Assembly: GCF_006345805.1 (NCBI RefSeq)
Contig: NC_042997.1
Span: 63,798,001-63,862,000, forward strand
Source of the DNA: Octopus sinensis
Taxonomy: Eukaryota
Length of the DNA: 64,000 nt
Direction of reading: 5' to 3'
The position numbers and the translations under genes were made by a program. Shown piece after piece: positions 1-13,160 of this stretch (position 1 is the first letter of the stretch; each line of letters starts with the position of its first letter). The notes under the pieces were generated by a model, which made no database searches, was not told the origin of the DNA, and saw nothing but the letters and a program-made list of their open reading frames with translations.

Positions 1-49
1 TATAAAAAAGGGGGGAATAGAGTTTTAGGTAAATAAGGAGATTCTCACT

Positions 50-841
50 TATACCTATGCACAGTGTATAACATACACTAACACCCATACAAACATATAT
101 ACATATACATACACACATACATACACACACATATATATACATATATATACACTTACACATACACATACATATACATATCACAGATACACATATATGTATA
201 CATACACACACTCACATGCATACATGTATACACACATGTATATATACACACACGACCTCACATCATACGCACAGAAAAATATATATACACATACACACAC
301 ACTACTCACATACACGCATACACACACATATCCACACACAAACATGCACACACAGCACACTAGTCCTATATACACATATATACACATACACAACCTATAC
401 ACACATACATACATATACATACATGTATACATATACATATGTGTACCTATGCAAACCTACACATACACACATATATATACACATACAAATACAGACCCAT
501 TCCCTAATTTTAATTTTATTATCTTCGTTTATTACTTTTGTTATCTTTGGCCGCTTGGTCACAAACATCTTGGCTATTACAGCCAGTCCATTTATCTGTC
601 TACTGGAAAACAAGCACTCATTCACTCACGCACACTCTTTAGCACGTACTCTCACTCATTCGTACACTCATACACATACACGCACGCACGCGTTATATTC
701 ATACATACATCCATCTACATACATTCACGTATATACACATACGTACGCGTACCTACAGATTTATGTCTACACTCTTAGAAGGCTATATATATTATATATA
801 TATATATATTAATATATTTATATATATATATATGTATATAT

Positions 842-887
<46 letters not shown>

Positions 888-903
888 ATCTATATATATA
901 TAT
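50..903. repeat. Compound (CA)n/(CATA)n/(TA)n microsatellite block
   Basis: Directly visible di- and tetranucleotide runs. They explain the overlapping Y/T/H/I/V/C-rich ORFs at 178-812. Confidence 0.95.
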
Positions 904-1200
904 ATTTATATTATATAGAGGGTACTATTATTCATAGTATCGCACGCTAGGAGGCTGTCGGGTATGCTATATTGTGTTTTTTCCTTACATGTCTTGAGTT
1001 CGTTGCACTGAAGAGCATAAAATGCATATTCTGCATTGATTGCGAAATCACAGGTGATATGTGACTAAATTCTGTTTTTAAATGACTTGCTTTCAAGTTT
1101 TGCATTCGGTACAATTTGTTTATTTTAGTAGTTTTGACTGCAAGAGTCCCTCCTAGCGTGCGGTACCTATGAATAATAGTACCCTCTATATAATATAAAT
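904..1200. mobile_element. MITE-like element with ~50-bp terminal inverted repeats
   Basis: 904-953 (atttatattatatagagggtactattattcatagtatcgcacgctaggagg) is the near-exact reverse complement of 1149-1200. The interior is ~195 bp and non-coding. Alternative boundaries are 918-1186 (GAG...CTC ends, TATA on both sides). Confidence 0.75.
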
Positions 1201-1396
1201 AAATATTTTCAAAGTGGAAAAATTTACAGATTTTTTCTCTTACGAGGTTTTTCGCGCTAACTACTGATAATTTCTTATAAAGATTTTATCCTTAATTTTA
1301 AATATATATATATATATATGTGTGTGTGTATATATACAAGATAAGAAAATGGAGAAATACATCTAAATCAAATATATATATTGACCTACCATAAAA

Positions 1397-1455
1397 GGCT
1401 AATATTGGTAAAATGAGACATACTTATCTACATGGCCGAAACAGCTGTAAGATGT
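1397..1455 (+). mobile_element. Probable Penelope-like element remnant carrying the 3' half of a minimal hammerhead
   Basis: ggcc-GAAA-C-AGCT-GTA-agatgt at 1434-1455 has the palindromic ACAGCTGT stem III and a GUA triplet. The 5' CUGANGA core is not recognisable. Confidence 0.4.
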
Positions 1456-1818
1456 CATCTATACTTGTATTTATATTTACTTATATTTATATTCTCTTTT
1501 ATATATATTCTACTTATTATACAACATTACTCTTTTATGTACACTTTTTTATGTACATTCCTTTATGTACACTGATTTGTTCTGCTTTTTATATTTAAAC
1601 CTACAGTCTCTTATGTGGTGGTTTAATAAAGTATGCGATTGAGTATTATCTGGTAATTGATATTTGATTTAGATGTATTGCTCAATTTCCTTATCTTGTA
1701 TTAGTAATTTGTGGTAAATCATTTTACCTTTGCCCATATAATACAGTAAATGAGTTGATTGCATCGCAATCATTAACATTCATGTATTATCTTTGTTGGG
1801 CACTTCACTAGCAGTATA

Positions 1819-1874
1819 TTGGATATATGTTATCCCATTGGATATATGTTATCCCATTGGATATATGTTATCCA
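1819..1874. repeat. 19-bp tandem repeat, about 3 copies (ttggatatatgttatccca)
   Basis: Units start at 1819, 1838 and 1857. Each unit contains an internal inverted repeat ggata...tatcc. Confidence 0.9.
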
Positions 1875-3029
1875 TGAATACATACTGACACACATCCTTT
1901 CCGTCATCACAACTGAGGAATCCTCTTCTTTATGTTTTCTGGATAACCCATTCCCACGTCACTTCGGTTCTTGTATACCAAGGAAACAGACCAAACCGTA
2001 CTAAACTCCAACTGAATGATCTAAGCTCTTACCGCATATAAACATTTATCATTATTTGTCAGCTCTATTAGTACGATATTTGTTTGAAGCATGGGCACAG
2101 CAGTAGATGCCGCTGCTAAAGTTTGATCATTGTTCTTTTCATTTGATATCAGGACTCACTATTCGATTCGATGAACTGAACATCCCAACATTTATAGATT
2201 TTATTAAATGCAATACGAAATGAAATAAAAAAGCAAAAACATAATATATAATGAAAGTGAACAATAATTGAATATGGAAGCTTTGAACAACATATCCAGC
2301 AAGTAACAGGTAGAAAGGGTTGTTGCAATAAAGAGAGAAGAAAGTAATACAATGTAGAGAATGCAGGGAATGGAATGGGAGGAGAAGTGACGCACACGTA
2401 TATAGTGGGAAGGTAAATGAGCAGCAAGGAGAGAAATAGGGCGGGCGACTCGATAAATGTCAAGACAACCCATGAATTTCACATTGAAGGAATATATGAA
2501 CAGATTCGGTAAATACATGATAGATGAAAATTCATGCATGCAGAAATATGCTGAACGTGGGGTTGGCTTGTGAATGTAATAAGTGAATATATACATATGT
2601 GCGTATGTGCCATTTTGAATATGTATTCATATTAAATGTTAGTGCGAAGAATGTAAAATAAAAGGAGATTTTAAAGCATTGTTTAGTCCCAGTTCATGTC
2701 TGGTACATCTGAACTATGATAAAAGCATTCTAAATGTGACCATATCGATCTTATATGGCTACGAGATACTTCAATATCTCGACACCTCCCTGTTATTGTG
2801 ATGTATAGTCCTGTATATCGGAATAGGGATCCAGAATAAGCGATTCAGTCATTGACAACTATAGCTTTATTTAAGGAGTATTGTTTTCACTACGTCATTA
2901 TACTATTTCAGTTCCTTCTTTGGGATGATAAGATTTAATCTGACAGGAATTCGTCTCCTATATTGTGCAGGTCAACTGATAATTAAGACAGTTGCCTCTT
3001 CATGTTTTGTTAATGAGACCACAGTGTGG

Positions 3030-3131
3030 TATACGTACACACACACACAGACACTTATATATATATATATATATATGTATATACATATATGTATATATAT
3101 GTATATATATATATATGTGTATATATATATA

Positions 3132-3175
<44 letters not shown>

Positions 3176-3370
3176 TATACTGATATATATATCTATATTA
3201 AAAACAACAATAAAATTCATTATATATATATATATAAATCTATGTATGTATATATATATACATATACATATATACATATACAATATAGATAATTATATAT
3301 ATATATATATCAATATGTTTATATATATATTTTTTTATACGTATATGTTTACACACACACACATAAATAC

Positions 3371-3440
<70 letters not shown>
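3030..3440. repeat. (TA)n/(CA)n microsatellite
   Basis: Directly visible. It explains the ORFs at 2925-3455. Confidence 0.95.
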
Positions 3441-3442
<2 letters not shown>

Positions 3443-3910
3443 TAACACAGACTGATTAAGCTCAATTTCGCGGTTTCACAAACACTCACATACACACACA
3501 AAGAAACACATGGGCACAAATTCACGCACACACTCGCACTCACACACATGGACACACACACGTATAGATAGATAGACATATATTAATATATTGCTATCTA
3601 GGATTCTCACAACTGTCTGATATACGGGTAGGAGAAAGTGAGTCCTAGTTTGTAAAAATCTGTCAAATTCACTGAAACACTAGTTTAGTCTACCTTCCGT
3701 GTTCCAGTACTATGATTTTAAAACTTTGTTTTCACCCATGTACTTACAAGTGTGTGTTTGTAATTGACAGATATTCAAACACGCCACTAAATTCTTTTTT
3801 CTAAGTATTTTTGTAAGAAACCAGAGAAACACTAGGCACTACCTCTTCCAGGTTGCGTAACACAAATACGCTACCCAGTGGTATAATGATCTCTGTCTGT
3901 CTGTCTTACT

Positions 3911-3977
<67 letters not shown>

Positions 3978-4432
3978 AATTGAATAAGGAGGGAACAATC
4001 GGGATGTTGTTATTCCCCTGGATTTTTCATGCATATATGTGTGTGTGCATGTGTGTGTGTTGTGTGTGTATATAATAGATAAATATGTATATATCTACAC
4101 GCACACACATATATACATATAGCTATGTACACACGTACACACACACACATATATATGTGTATATATATATATACATATACGTGGTTCACATAGATATTCA
4201 CATACACACGTATATCTTTTTAAGTCTTACATAGTGTACACGTTTCTATATGAGTACTATATACCTTTCTCAGAAATAATCTCGTAAATGTGTGTGTATG
4301 GGTGTATGTAGATATGTTTGTTGCGTTGGTGGGTTTTTGCATATGTATGTATACATAGCTATGTATTCAAATGTATGTGTGTGTTTCCGCGCGTGTATTT
4401 GTTATGAATACGTTAATTTATATACATTTACT

Positions 4433-4470
<38 letters not shown>

Positions 4471-4746
4471 GCCCACATATATATTGTTTAATCTTTGTGT
4501 GTGAGTAGGTGAGTGTATGCGTGTCAGGGTCCAGAAAACCTGATATAATGAAGGTGACGGCGTTTAGAAAATCGTTATAGATATAGGTGTTACAAAACAG
4601 AAGTGAGAAGCAAATGTATAAATATATTGAAATAATCTGCTGCTAGGGATATATACTTAGACGATACTTATATACACGGTATACGCATTTACTATATACA
4701 CACATACACACCTATATAAAGTAGATGCGTCAGGCTGCACGCGCGC

Positions 4747-4850
4747 GTATGTATATATATATACACTCTTTTACTCTTTTACTTGTTTCAGTCATTTGAC
4801 TGTGGCCATGCTGGAGTACCACCTTATATATTATATATATATATATATAT

Positions 4851-4884
<34 letters not shown>

Positions 4885-4900
4885 AATATATATATATATG

Positions 4901-4950
<50 letters not shown>

Positions 4951-4990
4951 ATATATATATGTGTGCATATATATATATAATACATAATAT

Positions 4991-5024
<34 letters not shown>

Positions 5025-5382
5025 GTAATATATGTATGTATATGTATATATGTATATATATATAAAATATATATATATATATTAATATATATATATTATA
5101 TAGTATATAGAATATATACATATATATAATATCTATATATATATATGTATATATATATTATATATATATGTATATATATATCTATATATACATATATATT
5201 TACATATATATATATACATATATATATACATATATATATGTATATATATGTATATATATATAATATATATATATAGAATATATACATATATATATATATA
5301 AAAGGTGGGCTCCAGCATGGCCACAGTCAAATGACTGAAACAAGTAAGTAAAAGAGTAAAAGAGTGTATATATGTATATACA
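4747..5382. repeat. Inverted pair of SINE 3' tails enclosing a ~475-bp (TA)n tract
   Basis: 4747-4825 is the reverse complement of 5302-5382 apart from a 4-bp indel and a few substitutions. Both arms match the 3' end of the SINE at 5511-6011. Confidence 0.85.
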
Positions 5383-5411
5383 TACACACACACACACACA
5401 CATATATATAC

Positions 5412-5444
<33 letters not shown>

Positions 5445-5510
5445 TGCTTACATATCCAAATATACATACATACATATATATATATATATAATATAAACAC
5501 ACATACAGGT

Positions 5511-6011
<501 letters not shown>

Positions 6012-6819
6012 GTATACATATATACATACATATATGCTGTGTGAGAGATTGAGAAAATCAGTGAGAATGATGCAGGTGTACATAAATAAATAAATAAATA
6101 AATAAATGTTTGTGTATAAGTGTGTGAGTGTCTGTGCTTGAGTGAGTGTGTGTGTGTAGGAGAGTGTGTGTATTTGTATTTATGTCAGTATTAGTAAGAT
6201 GGTTAATTAAAAGCAATAAACATTGATTGCATGAAGTATCATACATACGTGAAAACTCTAAAAATTGTGATAACTAAATTCATATATATTTATATATATA
6301 TGTATGCATGTATCCATATATGTATATATACCTACATACATGCATATACATATATAAATGTATGTGTATGTGTGTGCGTAATGGTGTGTATGTGTGTGTG
6401 TATGCACCCCAGCACTCCTGTGTGTACGTATGTGCGTGAGCACGCGTGCATACTTACGCCCACATGAACGTTGGTTTCAAAAACATAAATGGAATAAACA
6501 AATAAAAGAGTCATAAATGCTGTCAGGTGACTCTTGAAAACAGACCCCGCCTCCCCTGCTTTAATATACTCTTGCTGAACATAAGTAGCCTGCTTGAAAC
6601 AAGGTATATTTGGTGGAGAAGTCTTACCAACACTCATACAATCACGCACACACATACTCGTTGACACGTACACAGAGACTGGCTTACATTTTCATAACTA
6701 CTTATGTATACACACATACACACAATATAAGCCACAGCACTCACAATCATGCTACCACCTACACACACATTAACACAAGCACAAACACACGCACATATAT
6801 AAACACCTATCATATGTAG

Positions 6820-7094
<275 letters not shown>

Positions 7095-9184
7095 GCAGAC
7101 ACATATATATGAACGTATGTATGAAGTATGTGGGTATACTTATGTATTATACTCATTAACTATTTAATTTGTGCAGTCACAAAGATTAAATATCTCAGAT
7201 TACGTTTATATGCAGCTCTTGGAATGTATTTAAGTTCTATACTGATTTTATCATCGAGTGAGGCTCTGTGCGAAAGGTTGGTTTTGTCTACTTCAGATAG
7301 CCATTTCTCCGTCTTATATGAAATGATCCCTTGCCATTTCTGTTGAGTTTATATACAAACTCTGACGTGAACAACGATGTGCTCTCCGTTTTAACGAGTA
7401 AATTCTCTAGTTCAGCTACGGCTGAGGATGTGAACAATCTCTCAAACTTTAGATGTCCTACGCACTAGGTAATCGTACATATTTCATATTTCTTTATATG
7501 GTGTATTTCGTTTAATTTCACTCGATATAACGATCGAGCCAATGTTGAGTCGGTGGATGTGTTTATATCTATTTGCGCTAAGATACATACATAGTTACAC
7601 ATATTCATATGCATACATGTGTGCACTCAGCCAGTCAGTCAGTCAGTCACTCACTCACTCACAGACACACACACGTACACCCAAACACACATAATCCCAC
7701 ATATACACTGACATATGAACGCAAGCGTGTACACACATGCGCGCGCACACACACACGCACATATATCGATATGTTCTGGCAATCAACACTCTGCCGGTAA
7801 TTAGATGAACCCATATAAACTGTACTTGACGATAAAAATGCTGGGTAGGTAAATAACTTTTAGATCTTTTGGAAAACGAAAGCCAACTTTCGCATGTTTA
7901 AGTAAATGCATATCAGTGAAGTATATTTCCATATAAACCATCTGTGTCAATCTGAATGCCTTTTGGTAGGGTAAATGCTTCGAAAAGTATAAATTTGAAT
8001 TTGATGTATTGGCAATTCATCATGTCCACCAACATAGATATAATACTTCCCTATCGTCGCCTCTAATCAGGAGTCGTAAATTACTGTGGAGAAACTGAGA
8101 TTTTACGTCTGCCTATTTTCTTATGAATTGTTGTAACACTCAGAGTTTTAGGATTCTTTTTATCATACTGGAACATTCTTTGACATTCCGAGGGTTAATT
8201 ATAGTGAGTTACTATATCTTGTAAAAGAAAGTAAAAGTCGGTGTGCATGATGATCATATTAAAAGCGAGTCGAAGGCCAGCACGATTCACATTTGCAACG
8301 GATGAATTAAAAGATATGCAATCTACCATAAACATGGACAGGACAACCTACCAGATCCACTACCACCACCACCATCACCACCACCACTAAAACCACCACC
8401 ACCACAAAAAGCGTTTTCCATAGATTCTAGATTCGAAACTAGCGGTTGGGCACCTGTGTTTCAGAGTTTAAATTATTTACACCTTTATCTATGTTGTATC
8501 GGTGACACGTGTCTAACAAAAATATAGTTTCCAAATACTTTTTCTTAAAATACATGATACAGAATATGGAGAGGACAAACACATAACGCCAAACTCTTTA
8601 ATGATTCTATTAACCCATCGCTCTTGTTCTGTATTATTATCTGTTTCAATTTGCAACTAACAAATTTAATCGAAGACTTCTGTTGTACCTACAATTGTAT
8701 TATTCGTAACACACATGAAGGATGAATTTTAATTTCAGCGCCGCTCTTCCACTTTGAAAAGTCACAGTTAAGCAGCTAATTAGAAAGTATCATGAAAAAA
8801 TTGCAATATAGACTTCACAAGCCGAGCAAATCGGTAGCAGACTGGGAGATAATCTAAGAATGTGATGGTTGGATAATATCCATAGTGTAGATTGGTCAAA
8901 TGAGGAAATTCAACAGGAAAAGCAAATAGCGGTTGCATCTGATATGGAGGAGGTATCTGAGGATTGCACACCTATAACTCTTTGTAGAAATAGTGGGCAG
9001 ATAAGATGTGTAGGTCGATGGGTGCATGCATGCATCCATATTTCTTAAAGTTTCAATAATTCAGACATACCATAGGAGAAGAAAGTTGCAAAATACTTTA
9101 TATCGTCAATTTTATTCCAAATTTGCGATTTGTTTCTATTTGGCATAACTATAAAAAAGAAGCTACGTGACGGCTTCATAGTTA

Positions 9185-10239
9185 CTAGGTTCTTCCGAAA
9201 ATAATAGCCGAGCTAAGCGTTTTGTTCTGAAAGGCAATTTTATCATAACATTTTAATTATATTTCAGGTGAATCTCGATATACATAATAATTGAAGTATG
9301 CTCTTTAATAAGTTTCTACTTATTTCAGACATAAAAAAACATTCTTGAATAATAGGCGCTCTTAATTATAAACATGTCAAAAAAGGACCTTCGTTTACTT
9401 ATCTTGCATGAGTTCAAGCTTGGGCACAATGCTTCCCAAACTACTACCAATATCAACAGGGCATGGGGAGATGGGTCCAGAAGTCATCGCACTCTACCAA
9501 TGTTGCTTTAAAAATTTTGTAGTGGTGATGAGAGCATTGAAGATAAAAAAGGTAGAGGACGGTCATGCAGTCTTGACAATGATCCTTTTCTTGACCGAAT
9601 AGTCACTTATGACGAAACATAATTTCTTTATAATAACCATATACGATCAGGTCAATGGCTTGATCGCGATGAGTACCCCAAACAATTTCCAAAGCAAATA
9701 ATCATCAGCAAATGATTATGATGACTGTCTGGTGGTCTCCATTACGGCTTTCTGGGAGCCAATCAGAGCATTACAGCAGAGGTTTACTGCAGTCAAGTCG
9801 CTGAAATCCATCCTCACTTGCAAAATTTGAGACCTGCATTCGTGAATCGTGGCCCAATTCTGTTCCTCAAAAATGCCAAGTCACTCATTGCAAGAATAAC
9901 GCTGCAGAAACTCACAGACTTGGGATACAAGACTTACCTACATCCTCCATATTCTCTTGATCTTTCACCCACTGACTACCGTTTATTAAGCATTTTGACT
10001 CGTTTTTAAGTGATAAAACTTTCAGGTCCAAACCAGAGGTGGAATCAGCTTTCAAAGATTCCTTAGCATCAAACCCAATAAGTTTTTATTAACGAGGCAA
10101 AAATAATCTCGTTGACCAATAGCAGAGATGCATAGATGTTCACGGCTCATAATTTGACTAATCAAAACATTTCTATTATTAATTTTTCCAGAATAAATTT
10201 ATGTTTCTGAAATCGGTCATTATTTTCGGATTAACCTAA
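9185..10239 (+). mobile_element. Defective mariner transposon (HsMar1-like, DD34D), internally deleted
   Basis: Left TIR ctaggttcttccgaaaataatagccgag (from 9185, preceded by TA) matches the reverse complement of the right TIR 10211-10239 (ttaggttaatccgaaaataatgaccgatt). Transposase remnants lie between them. Confidence 0.93.
9374..10161 (+). pseudogene. Mariner transposase pseudogene
   Basis: Translates across frameshifts and stops as MSKKDLRLLILHEFKLGHNA...KFCSGDESIEDKKGRGRSCSLDND / PFLDRIVTYDE...QWLDRDEYPKQFPK...MTVWW...TLQKLTDLGY..LHPPYSLDLSPTDY. This is collinear with HsMar1/SETMAR transposase as I recall it. The second HTH and WVPHEL are missing at the 9583/9584 junction, and the HDNA motif reads LKNA. 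Confidence 0.92.
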
Positions 10240-10502
10240 AGATAAAAATGGCAAGTATATAACAAAGATAAAGTTTTAAAATACGTATCAGTACCACTTG
10301 CTAAAGATTTCAAACACCAATAGAGAATTTCTACAGAAATAGTTCATTTCCTAGATATCTATTAAATTGCCGTGATTGTGTATTTGAAAATAAATAAATA
10401 TGACTAAACATGATATTTCTACACGCATTGCTTATTTAGATATGTTCGACTCATATATATATAATACAAAAATCATACTATCTATCTCTTTCTTTCTCTC
10501 TT

Positions 10503-10533
<31 letters not shown>

Positions 10534-10589
10534 TTCCTAGTCTCCTTCTCTCATATATACGTGTGTGAGTGCGGATTTAAATACGCTCG

Positions 10590-10704
10590 TCTATATATAT
10601 GTATGTGTACGTGTATACACACACAAACATTCATACATACATACGTACATACATAGATACATACATACATACATACATACATACATACATACATACATAC
10701 ATAC

Positions 10705-10736
<32 letters not shown>

Positions 10737-10745
10737 TATATAATA
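10590..10745. repeat. (CATA)n microsatellite
   Basis: Directly visible. Confidence 0.95.
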
Positions 10746-10932
10746 CAAATAAGAAAATGGAGAAACAATTTAGTTGGTTCATCAGCTTTAGGATATTAGA
10801 ATGTTGACTTATTTATTTATTTAACATAAACGAGAACCTTAATAACGTACATATATACATTAAAATTCAATACATATAAGATAAGAATTAAATTATAAAA
10901 TCTTAATAAATTATTGAAATCATTAAAATCAC

Positions 10933-11055
10933 TCTTATAGCTGTTTCAGCCTATGGAAAAAAGTAGTTTTTTAGTGCCTATAGTTGTCAATTATATTGAT
11001 GTTGTACGCATTTAAAAGTGGGGCAGTTATATATAACCATAGGCTTCGTCAGAGA
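10933..11055 (-). ncRNA. Candidate minimal hammerhead ribozyme (Penelope-associated type) with 80-nt loop II
   Basis: Minus strand reads UCU-CUGACGA-AGCCUAUGG-[80 nt]-CCAUAGGCU-GAAA-C-AGCU-AUA-AGA. The core is intact, stem II is a perfect 9 bp and stem I is 3 bp. Position 16.2 is A instead of G. Activity is untested. Confidence 0.55.
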
Positions 11056-11405
11056 TTATAAAGAACTTTCAAAACATAAATCCATTTAATACAATAAGTA
11101 AGTTAATTAACACTTGTGTATTAATAATTTGAGTATTATACCAACAGTATATTGGATAAATATTATCCCTTAGTGGGTTGAATCCACAACCCCTAACTTA
11201 CTTGGCGTTATATATATATATGTAGTTATTGTATATTCTAAGAACGTAGCAGAGTAAATTATAAAGCTCGTTCACCTTCAGATTTCACCCTGTGCTATCC
11301 ATTACTAGTATTATATATACTTCCATGCTTGCGTTTGTGTATCTCTTGTGTGTGAATAGATAATTGAAACAAACAAGGAGTACAGTTGGACATTTATTTT
11401 TCAAT

Positions 11406-11551
11406 CACTACAATTGTTTCTTTGCACCGTGGTTCTCCAGGCGTGTAGGTTCTTGATTATTCAACCCCTTCCCCCATAATGCAGGGAAACGGTTGTGTAG
11501 TCAAGTACCTGCACGACTGGTGAACTACGTTGCGTAGAAACAACTGTAGTA
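11406..11551. mobile_element. Small MITE with CACTA-like terminus
   Basis: actacaattgtttct (11407-11421) pairs with agaaacaactgtagt (11536-11550) with 1 mismatch. The left end reads CACTACAA, and AT flanks both sides (possible 2-bp TSD). Confidence 0.45.
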
Positions 11552-12660
11552 ATTTAAATTCAATATCCAACTGTACTCTATCTTGTTGACTCCAATGTTT
11601 TTCAATTATATATATACTAGGGAAGGAAGTCATAACAGCAGTATGTATTGAGAAATGTGTAAATGGACTTGATAGATACTCGGTAGTGTCTTAGAGATAT
11701 CACATTGTTGTTGGTTGTACCGCATGCTATTGCAGCTATGTGGCATGTGTTTGCGACTAAGTGACATGTGATGAAGATTCACTCCTGAACTGAAATAGGC
11801 TCCAGCCTCTGTATCATGTATGGTTATGTGGACCAATTCTAGCGAAAGCCAGAGATTTCTTCGACCACTGCATAAAAAGTATTAAGAAGAAATGTCTTTT
11901 TGAGATACTTGTATTTTAGTTGTTTACACTATTTTATGCTTGTTTATACTCTTATACATTCAAGTTAACAAATTTCCTTATTTAAATTATGGATCATATT
12001 TCTTTCGATAATATCAGTATGATTACGGAATTGCTTTGTAGAAAATAGTTTCTGTTTGGTCGACATTAATTTTCAAATTACTGGCGTCCGTTGCTCTACT
12101 CATAGCGTAAACATCGGAGCGGTTAAAAATACACCTACACGATCTAAAGTGTGGCCCTGTGCCTTGTTTGCTGTGAATGCGCGAGTGTAATCGTTAGGGC
12201 TGAAAAATATCTAACTAATACATAGCTCTCACTGTTCTATGCGAATAATGTCTAGATGTTATGGCACCATAGGTTTTTTTGGTTAACAAAATTGAAATGT
12301 AAACAACAGCATTTTCAATTAGCCCTTTCGAATCCTTCTCGAGATTGACGGACTTCAACAACCACTAAGTAATCACACACACTATATACTGACACAATAT
12401 CCATTTTATTTTCGCTATTAAGCGTCCTCGTGACCCACTTCGTATCTATGATGGGGCCACGAACTATACGAAGAAATCCAGAGGTACACGTGGTCGGTGA
12501 ATTTTTAATAAAAATGCGAAGATGATGTATCAATTCAGATATCCACGAAATAATGATACTTTCTGACTGTTTATTACTAAAAACCTTCCTTGCGACCGTT
12601 TTTGTAAAAACTATTGATCCAACAGTCTAACTATGAAGAGGGATATAACACCCATTATAG

Positions 12661-12694
<34 letters not shown>

Positions 12695-13160
12695 TGAAAG
12701 AAAGAAAAAAGAAGAGGACAGGTAGAATCATTCAACCACAGAAGTGGTTGAATATATTCTTAAGTCCACCATTTCGTCAATCGCAGCAGATTCCAAGCTT
12801 CATCACTAATTCAGTTCTCAACTAAATTGGAAATAGTTTTAAAAGAGACATCTCCTCAGCTACACTTTGGCATAAATAGTTTGAGATTTGCTTAAGTAGA
12901 AAAGAAGTTACATCAAAATAAGTCAGACCTCAAGGTGGGCAGTAAGGTAAATATTCATATAAAATGAACATAAATTTTTGAATTTGAAAATATAAGTGAG
13001 AAATTAAGAATCGTTAGTCGCATTCAACAAAAATTAGTAAAAAAATAGTTATGAGGTAAAGTGTCACGAAATTTAATGTCAGTAAGTGAGGAAGTAAGAA
13101 GAAGCGCCCCAAGCATAAGAATAAAGAATATATTTCTAAAATGAATGTTTACATTTTAAT

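Noticed and set aside
1819-1874. CRISPR-like array of palindromic 19-bp repeats
   Set aside because: There are no spacers, only three contiguous units, in a eukaryotic context. It is a simple minisatellite.
7915-8081. Minus-strand acceptor tttctccacag followed by about 52 open codons
   Set aside because: The peptide is not recognisable, ends in a stop and has no good donor. This is compatible with chance.
12420-12500. DPLRIYDG resembling a CUB-domain motif
   Set aside because: It is an isolated short match without the flanking Cys/Gly pattern, and the frame closes quickly.
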